Shown here: positions 10,590 to 20,689 of the stretch, piece by piece
Numbering within the stretch: the first letter of the stretch is position 1
How the letters are laid out: each line of letters begins with the position of its first letter
NCBI GenBank assembly: GCA_963727895.1
Contig: CAVSHT010000004.1
Coordinates: 160,001-224,000 of the forward strand
Origin: an uncultured Methanosarcinaceae archaeon
Lineage (GTDB): Archaea; Halobacteriota; Methanosarcinia; Methanosarcinales; Methanosarcinaceae
Direction: 5' to 3'
DNA length: 64,000 bases
Notes under the pieces: generated by a model
The model's database searches: none
Told to the model about the DNA's origin: nothing
What the model saw: the letters and a program-made list of their open reading frames with translations, nothing else
Program-made: the position numbers and the translations under genes

Positions 10590-11331
10590 GGTTTTGATAA
10601 TTAATTATAGTTATATACTATTAGAAAGTATATTTCTTCATGAACTGCCCCAGATGCAATAGTTCCAGTCACAAAAAGAACGGTATAGTTGGCGGGCGTC
10701 AACGGTACAAATGCCATGATTGTGGATATAACTATACAGTAGAGCTAAAATCAACTGCTTTTTCCGCCTCTGTCAAAAAACAGGCTTTACAACTTTACCT
10801 TGAAGGATTGGGCTTTCGTTCAATAGGAAGAGTTTTAGGGGTGAGTCATGTTTCTGTCCAAAGATGGATAAAGAAATTTGGTCAGGAGTTAGAGGCTCTA
10901 AAAAGCGAAAATGAGATATCTATTGTTGAACTGGATGAGATGCACACTTACATCGGTAACAAAAAAAATATTGCTGGATCTGGATTGCTGTTGATAGAGT
11001 TGGAAAAAAGTTCATCAACTGCTCTTTTGGCAGCAGAGGAACGGAAACTGGAAAACTACTCTGGGAAAAAGTGAAGAAAAAAGAGATTGGAGAAGTGATG
11101 ACAGATCACTGGAGAGCATATGCAGAGGTTCTTCCAGAAAAGAGTCATACTCAATCCAAAGCAGAAACGTATACTGTTGAAGGAGATATAACAGCATATT
11201 GAAGCATTTTCTAGCAAGATTGAGAAGAAAGACAAAGTGTTATACAAAAAGTCTTGAAATACTAAAGTACTCGGTTATTCTATTGATGAAATACAGAAAT
11301 AAAGAGTTAACTATGTTTAGTTAACAATGCC
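10590..11331 (+). mobile_element. IS1-family element (copy 2; insB frameshifted, variant left end)
   Basis: insA 10640-11074; A8 slippery site; 2-nt insertion near 11184; right end TAACAATGCC. Confidence 0.93.
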
Positions 11332-11334
11332 TCC

Positions 11335-11655
11335 TTTTACTTTAATGTAAGTTTCATCAGCTCTCCACAAATCGTGTGTTGGTCTTAAATGTTTTCTGAT
11401 CTTCGTTTCTATTTAAGGGGAATATTGATTCATCCATCTCATTATTGTACTGTGATCAACTTGAATTCTTCTTTCTATCATCATTTCCTTTAAATTTCTG
11501 TAGCTCAATGGTATCTTAAGTACTCATCTTACGTTCAATAAGATAACTTCACCTACAAAGTGTTTTCATTTAAAGGAATTAAATAGCATATTACTGCTTT
11601 TTATTTCCTTTTTATTTTAGTATATCCCTAGCAGATATTTTTTGCGACGGACTCC
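11335..11655 (-). mobile_element. Decayed IS6 5' fragment
   Basis: Translates in pieces as the IS6 transposase N-terminus (MLFNSFK*KHFVGEVILLNVR...DETYIK); degenerate IR TTTTTGCGACGGA. Confidence 0.75.
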
Positions 11656-11791
11656 TATATATCAATAATATATTTCAATGCATGTATATATATAACATGA
11701 GCTCTATATATAAGTATTAAAAGATATACTGTTATAGTATTTTCTATTTTTAGAGTGATTAAGCTACTGAAAAATAACATGAGGAATATTT

Positions 11792-11980
11792 ATGGAGTTT
11801 ATAGATTCTTCGATAACATTTAAGCAAAAAAATTTAGTAATAAAGTCTCTTAATTATATGGAGAGGCATAAAAAAATTAGTCAGTGTTGCAAAGAACATT
11901 GCAAAAAGAGCTGGACTGACTTATCCTTTGATGAGGCAAATAACTTAATCCAGATGCTTGACAAGATGGCTTGGAGGTAA
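11792..11980 (+). CDS. Small hypothetical protein
   Basis: 62 aa; GAGG upstream; TATA-rich region upstream. Confidence 0.45.
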   Translation: MEFIDSSITFKQKNLVIKSLNYMERHKKISQCCKEHCKKSWTDLSFDEANNLIQMLDKMAWR

Positions 11981-11991
11981 CTATTCTGATT

Positions 11992-12040
11992 GGTGCAAAA
12001 AATCTGATTTTGTAACAAAGCCAGATTTTTTGCACAACGG
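11992..12040. repeat. Collapsed IS6-MITE-like palindrome
   Basis: GGTGCAAAAAATCTG...CAGATTTTTTGCAC; both arms match the end of the 150-bp MITE. Confidence 0.6.
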
Positions 12041-12078
12041 AAAAAGGACTAATAGGATGCAAAACAAACAGTGATATC

Positions 12079-12324
12079 ATGTTACCTGAAAAAATGGCTC
12101 GGCAAATGTACGCGAAGAATCGTGAAAAGATAATTCAACATGCACGAAACGCACGGCGTGGATACTTTATTGTGAATTTTTATAATAATTATGATGTGAA
12201 AATAAGCTCTGAGAAAGATGATAAATCAGAGTTCAGCTTTCTCATACCTAGCGCGCTTGAATTTCTAGATGTTAAGTTTAACAAAGCATTGACTGATTAT
12301 CTTACTTATGGTAAAAATTATTAA
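12079..12324 (+). CDS. Small hypothetical protein
   Basis: 81-aa ORF with ATG start; no motif recognised. Confidence 0.5.
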   Translation: MLPEKMARQMYAKNREKIIQHARNARRGYFIVNFYNNYDVKISSEKDDKSEFSFLIPSALEFLDVKFNKALTDYLTYGKNY

Positions 12325-12449
12325 TAAGCCTTTGACTCAGGCGAAATAAGGAAGAATGGACACAACGTCTAAGAGGAAACTATAGTCACAAAAAGGTAGT
12401 GTATCAATTTTTCTGTAAATTTACCCTACGGTTTATGCATAGGTTTTGT

Positions 12450-12600
12450 GGTTCCATTGCAAAAAAAATAGTTCTGCAATTTGACACTATAATTTTCACC
12501 TTTTTCATATCAGTTTCTCCTGTATAAAAATGATTAACTTTCCGAATTGTGATGGTTTTTACTGATTTTGTGAATAAGCCATATTTTTTGCAACGGAACC
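12450..12600. mobile_element. 151-bp IS6-type MITE (second family)
   Basis: IRs GGTTCCATTGCAAAAAA / TTTTTTGCAACGGAACC; interior differs from the 7347 MITE. Confidence 0.8.
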
Positions 12601-12699
12601 CGGAGTTCAAAATAAGGTTCAGTATAAAGCATGGCTGACCTGGAAAAGGTTATAACATGCTTGTGCAACGAATTGATTGAACCTAAACAGGAGCAGAAG

Positions 12700-12829
12700 A
12701 AAAAAATTCAGAATTTCTGGAGATCAATTTAGAAGTAGATGGTAGAGTTTTGAGTCCCTATTCTCAAATCCCTACCTGCGATCCAACCCAAAGATTAAGA
12801 AGAAACCCTATTACTCTTAATCTATACAT
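12700..12829 (-). ncRNA. Candidate small RNA (copy B of the two-copy element)
   Basis: Inverted homologue of 3593-3704; hairpin 12741-12776; TATA-like box ~12845-12853; T7 tract on the minus strand at 12700-12706. Confidence 0.5.
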
Positions 12830-13014
12830 TTATAATAGCACGGTTATATATATCATCATTGATATCAAAAATTGTTTCTAATTTAAAATTGCAATATAAT
12901 TAAATAATTATATTACATAACATATTTTAATGGTGTAAAAATAAAATGCATTAAATTATATTTCGTTTAAAAACAATTTATTAGATAACTTATTTAATAT
13001 AATTTATAATATTG

Positions 13015-13185
13015 CTATGTGCTGGAGTTGGGAAATCGAGATGGGGTATCACCAAAGTAAAAGAATCTCCTTGAGGTTGCTGATCTTTCTTCGAACCTTT
13101 GCTTGGGGGAGCATAACTTCGGGAGACTGTATTGGGGGATACAGTAGCTACAGCACTTCTGGGCTTCTTCTTGCATTACATCTTT
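13015..13185 (+). ncRNA. Candidate multi-hairpin structured RNA with GGG(G)A loops
   Basis: GC-rich island in AT-rich DNA; closing stem GTGCTGGAG/CTACAGCAC; hairpins TGCTT-GGGG-GAGCA and ACTGTATT-GGGG-GATACAGT. Confidence 0.5.
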
Positions 13186-13609
13186 AATTTGACATAAGTT
13201 GTCAATTTATATAGTGATTCCTTACAAAAACACTTTCTGTCGGCATAGAATTTTTTGGAAAAATGAAACTATCAAAAATCAAAGAATGTAGTCTATAAAT
13301 TACAGTTGTAACAAAATATAACCATGTGGCTGATTTATTCATCATAATATTTATGTTTCTGTCAAATTAGGGTTTCATATTCAAGACTCTGTATCAAATT
13401 TAAAAATGAAAATTCAAGGATTTTATTCATGAAATATCTGAAAATATGTCCAAAATGAAATGCTAACCTGAAATTGCATTCAGATGGTGAGACTCAGTGT
13501 GATATTTGCAGTTACTGGACAAAAGTAGGTACAACAAAACTTGATCCAATTATTTTACGGATGAGGAGTTTGCATGAAGAATACCTAGATTTTTGATATC
13601 TTCTGGTCG

Positions 13610-13822
13610 TCATTGATTTTGTGAATGTTCACCACGGACTTTTTTTAACTGGTAAATACTGGATCTACTCAGCCCTGTCTTTTTTGTGATCTCAGTTTGT
13701 AGCATATCTCTATCAACATATAGCATGAAAAGTTTAAGTTTTTTAATAGATTTCAAATCCAATCCGGTTTCTTCAATCTTCGTACCGTTCAAAACCTCTC
13801 GATAAGCATCGGCTACGCTCAT
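13610..13822 (-). CDS. Small helix-turn-helix protein coupled to the recombinase gene
   Basis: QTEITKKTGLSRSSIYQL HTH; its ATG overlaps the recombinase stop (TGATG). Confidence 0.65.
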   Translation of the reverse strand: MSVADAYREVLNGTKIEETGLDLKSIKKLKLFMLYVDRDMLQTEITKKTGLSRSSIYQLKKVRGEHSQNQ

Positions 13823-14389
13823 CACCTTAAAATTCCCCACTCAGTAAGTCTCTTTTCAATATCTTTCATTTCATAATCTGTAAAACTTAAACTCTGATAG
13901 TGCCTTAATGACGTTACTGGGTCGTGTCCCTGTCTACTGTAAATCTCAATTTCCGGTATTCCAGCTTTAAGCATCCATGACTCTATTGTTTTCCTGGGAG
14001 TCTTCGGGCCGACTTTCGGGCTTATATCTGCTTTCTCAGACCACCTGCTAAGGTTATCCCACCAACTTGTACGATCTGGAGGTCTTCTACCTTCCTGAAA
14101 TGCCTTAATTAGATATGGAAAAGTAGTGGGAAGTTTGTCAATAGTGCGCTTTGGTGCTTTCTGTTTAACCTTCTTCTGAGCTTCCTTTGGGAGTATAATT
14201 TGATTCCTGCTCTCAATGTACCATGATGGATTATAATATAATCTTTGTAATTCGACATAGCGAAGTCCCGTAATTGTGTTAAGTTCAAAAATAAGCTTAA
14301 ACTTTGCAGGTATCGCCTTAACAAATCGATCATACTCTTCGACAGTTAACACTTTTAGTGCCGTCTGCTGTTATTAATCCATTTTCTAT
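13822..14389 (-). CDS. Minimal tyrosine recombinase/integrase (5' end apparently damaged)
   Basis: TGLRYVEL, KTPRKT, GHD...SLRHY catalytic motifs; the upstream frame ATA-ENGLITADGTK joins after a one-base shift near 14353. Confidence 0.8.
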
Positions 14390-14408
14390 AAAAATCCCTT
14401 CAAAAAAT

Positions 14409-14447
14409 AGTATACCAACGTTCTATAAATACGTTGGTTTTTATACT
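14409..14447. promoter_or_regulatory. Palindrome spanning the recombinase TATA box
   Basis: ACCAACGT-TCTATAAAT-ACGTTGGT with outer AGTATA/TATACT arms. Confidence 0.5.
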
Positions 14448-14759
14448 TTGTTTTCTAACCCAGTATTAAAAAGATATTTAATTTTTACTCGTTGCTGCCA
14501 TTTTTGCTCTGGCACCATAATCAGAAATACGAACTTTCGAAGTTAAAAACGTTCATATATCAAAAAAGTACAAAGTACGTATACTTTCTTCTTTGGGTAC
14601 TGTGTTGATGAGGTTTAATCTCTTTATAGAGATCACCAAATGCCGAAAATTTATCCAAGACCCCATAGACTACATGTACTCTACTCTTCGAATAGGGCTA
14701 AGTTCCAACTGCGAATAAAATCTACTAAAGATCTATAACACCTAATGGCGATTATATAT

Positions 14760-15030
14760 ATGAACATTGAGCAGAAAAAAATAATAGAAAAATCGATTTT
14801 ATTTAGTGTCATATTTATTGTCTCAACTATATTTATATACTACATTTTTTTTTGCACAATTTGTGCCAACTTCTTATTCTCATACAGTGGAATATGCAAA
14901 TGGAACAAATGGAACAAATGTAACAACGTATGTTGACTCCGCAACAGATTTATATGAAAATATTTTTGTCCTGGTTTCAGGCATCATCGGTTGTGCTTTA
15001 GGAATTATATCTACTAGAATAATTAAATGA
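14760..15030 (+). pseudogene. Small two-TM membrane protein, frameshifted at a T-run near 14845
   Basis: ORFs 14745-14936 and 14806-15030 join into TM-loop-TM at the T9 run. Confidence 0.45.
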
Positions 15031-15122
15031 CTGATTGTACTAAACTCCCAATTGACTTAAGTGATCTATAACTGTCATAGTCTTTTTTTCAAAAAGACTT
15101 ATATTTTCCATTTAGTAACACC

Positions 15123-15981
15123 GGTTCCGTTGCAAAAAATCTCAGAATAAGCATGTAAATCCATAATCAATAACCAAAAGTACAAATATTCAAAAAGATG
15201 TGTCAATATTATAGAACTATTCCAAATAATTGATTAATATATTTAGCTTCATTAAAGCCAGAGTAATTTAGGTTTTTGATTTGTCCTTTTTTAATCATAT
15301 TCATAGCTTCAATTCCTTTTAAAGTCTTAATAGCTGTGTTAAAAGACTGAAATCCTAACATTGGATTAACTATTCGTTTAATGGATCTATGATCTTGTTC
15401 TATAATGTTATTCAAATACTTGATTTGTCGAATGCCTACGTTTATAGGTAGTATTTTATCATTTTTCAGTTTATCTATAGCAGGTGGATAAGCTGGATTT
15501 TTATCAACTGTGATTACTCTTGGAATTTGATTATGATTAGAATTCAAAGCTTTCTTAAAGAAACGTTTTGCTGCTTTTTGATCTCGTTTTGCACTTAACA
15601 TGAAATCAATTGTATCTCCATTTGAGTCAACTGCTCGGTAAAAATATTTCCATTTACCTTTAACTCTGATGTAAGTTTCATCAACTCTCCAAGAGTCGTT
15701 TGTTGGTCTTAAATGCCTTCTTACCTTCTTTTCGATTTCAGGAGAGTATTGATGTACCCATCTCATAATATGGTTGTATGGTTGACTATTACTCCCCTTT
15801 CTGCCATCATTTCCTCTAAATTTCTATAACTTACTGGATATTTTAGGTACCATCTGACGTTTAATAAAATGATTTCTCCTTCGTAATGTTTCCACTTAAA
15901 GGAATTAGATAGCATATTATCGTTCTATTGATTTTCTCCTTATTCAATTGAATCCTTATTATGATTTTTTGCAACAGAACC
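15123..15981 (-). mobile_element. IS6-family element, full length, frameshifted transposase
   Basis: IRs GGTTCCGTTGCAAAAAA / TTTTTTGCAACAGAACC; same 2-nt insertion as the 3958 copy. Confidence 0.95.
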
Positions 15982-16144
15982 AAACAATATCTCTCCAGAT
16001 ATATGCGGTTTTTAACTTTTCAGAAAAACTCTCAATAGATAGAACATGCTCCTGTAAATATAAATATTATACTATAATTATAATACTCACCGAATAACAT
16101 AGAGATATTTCCAAATTAGAAATAGAAATGGGGGATGGGAACAT

Positions 16145-17362
16145 ATGACAAAAAAGAGTATTTTATACTTAGTATCCTTTACTTCAGCAATCCTTGTTTG
16201 TTTTTTAATCATCGGCTCATCGGCTACCCTGGCAACTAACGAACAAAATGTATCACATAAAGATTCATCAAACAATAGTAAATTTCCGTATCCGCGTGGT
16301 ACAGTCCCACCATATGGATATATGGGATGCGAAGCAGATAACACATGCATATCAGGTAACGCAAAGCTTGTTCACTTTGGATGGACAGCTTCTATAACTC
16401 CACAAGAATTTGTTGATAATGTTACAAAAGCCAAAAAGTTGGGGGTTTCAAATTATCTAATCGTTCCCGGTGGTCCAGAAATGAGTAGCGAAAATTTCTG
16501 GAAAGAAGTCAAAGAGCTGGGAGTTACTGATAAAGATTTCTTTGGGGTTTATTTCCCTGACGAACCAACCGATCCTGCTAAAATCATTGCCATGCATGAA
16601 GCTATGAAAAAATATTTCCCCAATACTGTTGCTGGCGATTATTTAGGTGATATGGCAAGTAATGGAAGTACAAAATTTATTCCAGGCCTGGATATTGCCT
16701 TTTTTACCGGATATACGATATTTCATGACCGTCCACACGCCTGGACTTATGGCAACCTTATTACTAATGAACCTGCCTGGAAAAAAGCAGGAAAAACAGT
16801 GTACTTAACAACAGAAACATTTGGGAATGCCTGCAAAATAAATTCATCCAATCCAGACTTAAATACTTCACAAAAAGTGAGTGATCGACAGACAAGTCAG
16901 ATCGTTATGGGTATTTTGGGAGGGGCTCAGGGTGTTTTCTCATATGCAAATAAATATGCAAAAGATACTCCTTGCGATACTGGATGGGCTAGCTTCAGGC
17001 CAAGATATGAACAGGTCTGGCCCTGGATAATAAACGGAAACAGGACACTTCTGACAACAAAAGTAACCAGCGGCAGAACAAACATAAATTCAGATCCTGG
17101 TGGCACAATTTCTGCAGTTACAGCTTACATCTTTACCGATGCAGACGGTAGGAAATTAGTTGCATCATCCAGTATGCTCGATTTTATTGAAGCAAATGGT
17201 GTGGTGAATAAGGCAACAATTACCGGCGTGCCAAACGGAATATATGATGTCTTATGGGAAAACAGAACCGTGAATATTACCGATGGGGCAATTAAAGACA
17301 CCTGGAAACCATATAAGTATCATTTTTACCAGTTAAAAGTAAATGATACTGGTAAAGAGTAA
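16145..17362 (+). CDS. Secreted protein, possible glycoside hydrolase-like TIM barrel
   Basis: N-terminal signal/TM segment; FFGVYFPDEP, VYLTTETF, ILGGAQGVFSY pattern; beta-rich C-terminus. Confidence 0.6.
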   Translation: MTKKSILYLVSFTSAILVCFLIIGSSATLATNEQNVSHKDSSNNSKFPYPRGTVPPYGYMGCEADNTCISGNAKLVHFGWTASITPQEFVDNVTKAKKLGVSNYLIVPGGPEMSSENFWKEVKELGVTDKDFFGVYFPDEPTDPAKIIAMHEAMKKYFPNTVAGDYLGDMASNGSTKFIPGLDIAFFTGYTIFHDRPHAWTYGNLITNEPAWKKAGKTVYLTTETFGNACKINSSNPDLNTSQKVSDRQTSQIVMGILGGAQGVFSYANKYAKDTPCDTGWASFRPRYEQVWPWIINGNRTLLTTKVTSGRTNINSDPGGTISAVTAYIFTDADGRKLVASSSMLDFIEANGVVNKATITGVPNGIYDVLWENRTVNITDGAIKDTWKPYKYHFYQLKVNDTGKE

Positions 17363-17534
17363 ACTCTTAATGTTACCAAAGATCCTTTTCAGATCTCCTT
17401 GAGATTTACCAGTTCTTTCGTAGGGAGTTGCAGATATGTCCCTGCCAACTTTCAGTATAATTTTTGAAAGCTAAACATTTATTAACACTTGAGGATGTAA
17501 TGATTACTACAGGTAAAATCAGGAGGTTATTAAA

Positions 17535-17891
17535 TTGAATGCAGAACAGTACATTGAGAAACAAGAACACAACCAAAAGAGCGATGAAGAAGAAGTTGAA
17601 CGAATAAAGGCAGAACTCGAGATGGCCACAGAGAGAATTGCATACTTTGAAAATATAATAAATTCCGCAGCTGAATTAAGGAAATTAGCAGAAGTTAAGA
17701 TTCTCGAGACGGAATCTAAAAAACTGGATACAATCACCAATAAATTGTCTTCACAAATTCAAAGTATTGGCGAACTGGTAAGAAAAGCAGAAAGCCGACG
17801 AGAAGAAGCGGTGAACAAACTGCTTGATGCAGAAGTCAGATTGATAATGGTAGAAAATAAGATATTACATGCAAAAGTTGCAAATTTTTGA
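17535..17891 (+). CDS. Coiled-coil hypothetical protein
   Basis: GGAGG RBS, TTG start, E/K/L-rich heptads. Confidence 0.65.
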   Translation: MNAEQYIEKQEHNQKSDEEEVERIKAELEMATERIAYFENIINSAAELRKLAEVKILETESKKLDTITNKLSSQIQSIGELVRKAESRREEAVNKLLDAEVRLIMVENKILHAKVANF

Positions 17892-18059
17892 AGATAGATT
17901 TACCGCATGTATTGTTTAAAAATACATTAATGGCAAATTTTTAGAGTTCATCAGAAACAACGAACTAAACTAAAAACACAGATAATAAACAGTAATTTAA
18001 AACATATTTCCTCCTATATATGTAAATCAGGCATAGAGTATGTTCTTGGCTAACTTGAA

Positions 18060-18180
18060 GGCTTTGTAGAAAACCTATCTAAATCAATTCCAGGAAACTG
18101 GAAAAGAAACAAGTAAAAATGTATCAGGCATTTGTTTTAAATTAATAAAAGGTTTTAGTTCAGAGGATTCCTACAGAGCC
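18060..18180. mobile_element. 121-bp MITE-like element
   Basis: IRs GGCTTTGTAGAAAACCT / AGGATTCCTACAGAGCC (14/17 match); GAA on both flanks. Confidence 0.6.
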
Positions 18181-18391
18181 GAAATTTCCATAAATAACCT
18201 TACAAAAGGAACGCTTTTTGACTTTATAATAAAACCAAATTTTGTTTTATCATAATAAAACAACAGTTTCAAGAATTCACATGTATCAGTTTGACTTAAC
18301 TTTTACTTATCAAACTTTGCTTAAATTTAGAAGAGTGTAGTTTGCCTGTATATTTTTTCTCTGTCAAAGTGTTTTTCGTGAGAATAATTTA

Positions 18392-19131
18392 GGCATTGAT
18401 ACTTAAACATAGTTATATACTATTAGAAAGTATATTTCTTCATGAACTGCCCCAGATGCAATAGTTCCAGTCACAAAAAGAACGGTATAGTTGGTGGTCG
18501 TCAACGCCACAAATGCCATAATTGTGGATATAACTATACAGTAGAGCTAAAATCAACTGCTTTTTCCGCCTCTGTTAAAAGACAGGCTTTACAACTTTAC
18601 CTTGAAGGATTAGGCTTTCGTTCAATAGGAAGAGTTTTAGGGGTGAGTCATGTTTCTGTCCAAAGATGGATCAAGAAATTTGGTCAGGAGTTAGAGGACC
18701 TAAAAAGTGAAAATGAGATATCTATTGTTGAAATGGATGAGATGCACACTTACATCGGTAACAAAAAAAATATTGCTGGATCTGGATTGCTGTTGATAGA
18801 GATGGGAAAAAGTTCATCAACTGCTCTTTTGGTAGCAGAGGAACGGAAACTGGAAAACTACTCAGGGAAAAAGTGAAGAAAAAAGAGATTGGAGAAGTGA
18901 TGACCGATCACTGGAGAGCATATGCAGAGTTTATTCCAGAAAAGATCCATACTCAATCCAAAGCAGAAACGTATACTGTTGAAGGATATAACAGCATATT
19001 GAGGCACTTTTTGGCAAGGTTGAGAAGAAAGACAAAGTGTTATACGAAGAGTCTTGAAATGCTAAAGTACTCGGTAATTCCATTGATGAAATAAAGAAAT
19101 AAAGAACTAGATATAGTTAAGTAACAATACC
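18392..19131 (+). mobile_element. IS1-family element (copy 3)
   Basis: Both IRs; insA 18442-18876; A8 slippery site; insB with premature TAA at 19092-19094. Confidence 0.95.
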
Positions 19132-19947
19132 GAAATTCTAATACCAAACAATCAAATAAAGATAATTTATGATGAAGTTATATATAAAATAACTCTCAGA
19201 ACGCTGCATGAGCTTTTTGAATCTGATCTGGCAAGCGCGATTGATACCATTTCTTTCAATGGCTGGGTAAAATCAATAAATAAAGCGACAGGTAAAGAAG
19301 AAAACAACTGCATTTTAAGCATACAAGCAAAGAAAGAAGAATTCATAGACATAGACTTATCAAACGTTGATCCCAAGACCTGCTTTAAGAGCTTAAAGGG
19401 AGTTGCAAGTAGCAAATTAAGTACTCTAACACCGATTCAGCCGATTTTACAAATTAGCAGAGAGGACAAACGATTTGTAGATAGCTATGAAGTCGAGGAT
19501 AAAATTGATAATTCAACTAATCTCGCTGCAATGGACTGGGAAGAATTTGAGCACTTGATTAGGGAACTATTTGAAAGAGAATTCAAAGTCAATGGTGGAG
19601 AAGTAAAAGTAACGCAAGCCAGTAGGGATGGCAGTGTAGATGCTATAGCTTTCGACCCTGACCCTATTAGAGGCGGAAAAATAGTAATTCAAGCAAAGAG
19701 ATACACAAATCCAGTTGGAGTTTCAGCAGTAAGAGACTTATACGGAACTATTTTAAATGAAGGCGCAACAAAAGGAATACTGGTAACTACTTCAGATTAT
19801 GGGTCCGATTCATACGATTTCGCAAAGGGTAAACCATTAACACTATTGAAAGGTTCAAACCTATTATACCTTCTTGAAAAACATGGAACCCATGCAAAAA
19901 TTGACTTGCGAGAAGCAAAAAGAATATTGAAAGAAAATAGTGAGTAG
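19132..19947 (+). pseudogene. C-terminal part of an Mrr-like restriction endonuclease
   Basis: Frame open from the IS1 end with no start codon; MDWEEFEHLIRELF, SRDGSVDAIAFD, IQAKRY, VSAVRDLYG, KGILVTTS (Mrr_cat PD-(D/E)xK). Confidence 0.85.
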
Positions 19948-20249
19948 TCACCAGATATTCTTGATAGATAACATATTCTTTACTTTTTACCCTCATATAA
20001 TTGAATTTGATACTATGCTGTGTTTCCTTTATGTGAAGCTTTGCCTCTAATCTAGAACATGAGCTTTCAAATGCTTTTTCCCATTGAGGTTGCTGCTTAT
20101 TAATTACGTCCTTTTCTATGCCTATTGTCTCCCTTTAATTAAAATTTATTTAATCCTGTTGTATCCAACTGATTGTTTTTTTTAGAGAAATTTATATTAC
20201 TTAGAACATCTCTCATAAATAAGCAATTTTTGCATTAAGATGTGATAGT

Positions 20250-20689
20250 ATGGAGAGTTTGTCTACAGGGATAGAAGGGTTGGATACGTTAATGGATGGA
20301 GGTTTCCCTAAAGGAAAAAGTATTCTGGTCACAGGTCCTCCAGGTGCCGGGAAAACTATTCTTGGGATTCATTTTCTTCACAGAAGCTGCGAAAGAGGAA
20401 AAAAGTGCATACTTATCCTTACAAGAGAACTTACGGAAGATATTCTCAGTCAATCCAGAAATCTCAATCTTGACCTCAAACCTTTTCTGGCAAATGGACA
20501 GCTCAGTATTAAAAATATCTTTGAAGACAAAATAAATAAAATCAAAAGCGCTTCCAAATTTCGGAAAGGACTCTGCGCTGTGGATACAGATATAATAGAA
20601 TACCTCAGTTCCATATCTTCTGAAGTAGATTTAATGGTTATCGACAATATCGGAGTAATGGCTATAAATCACGATATAAGAGAATTTGC
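20250..20689 (+). pseudogene. KaiC/RAD55-like ATPase truncated by IS6
   Basis: STGIEGLDTLMDGGFP; Walker A GPPGAGKT; MVIDN; runs into the IS6 IR at 20690. Confidence 0.85.
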
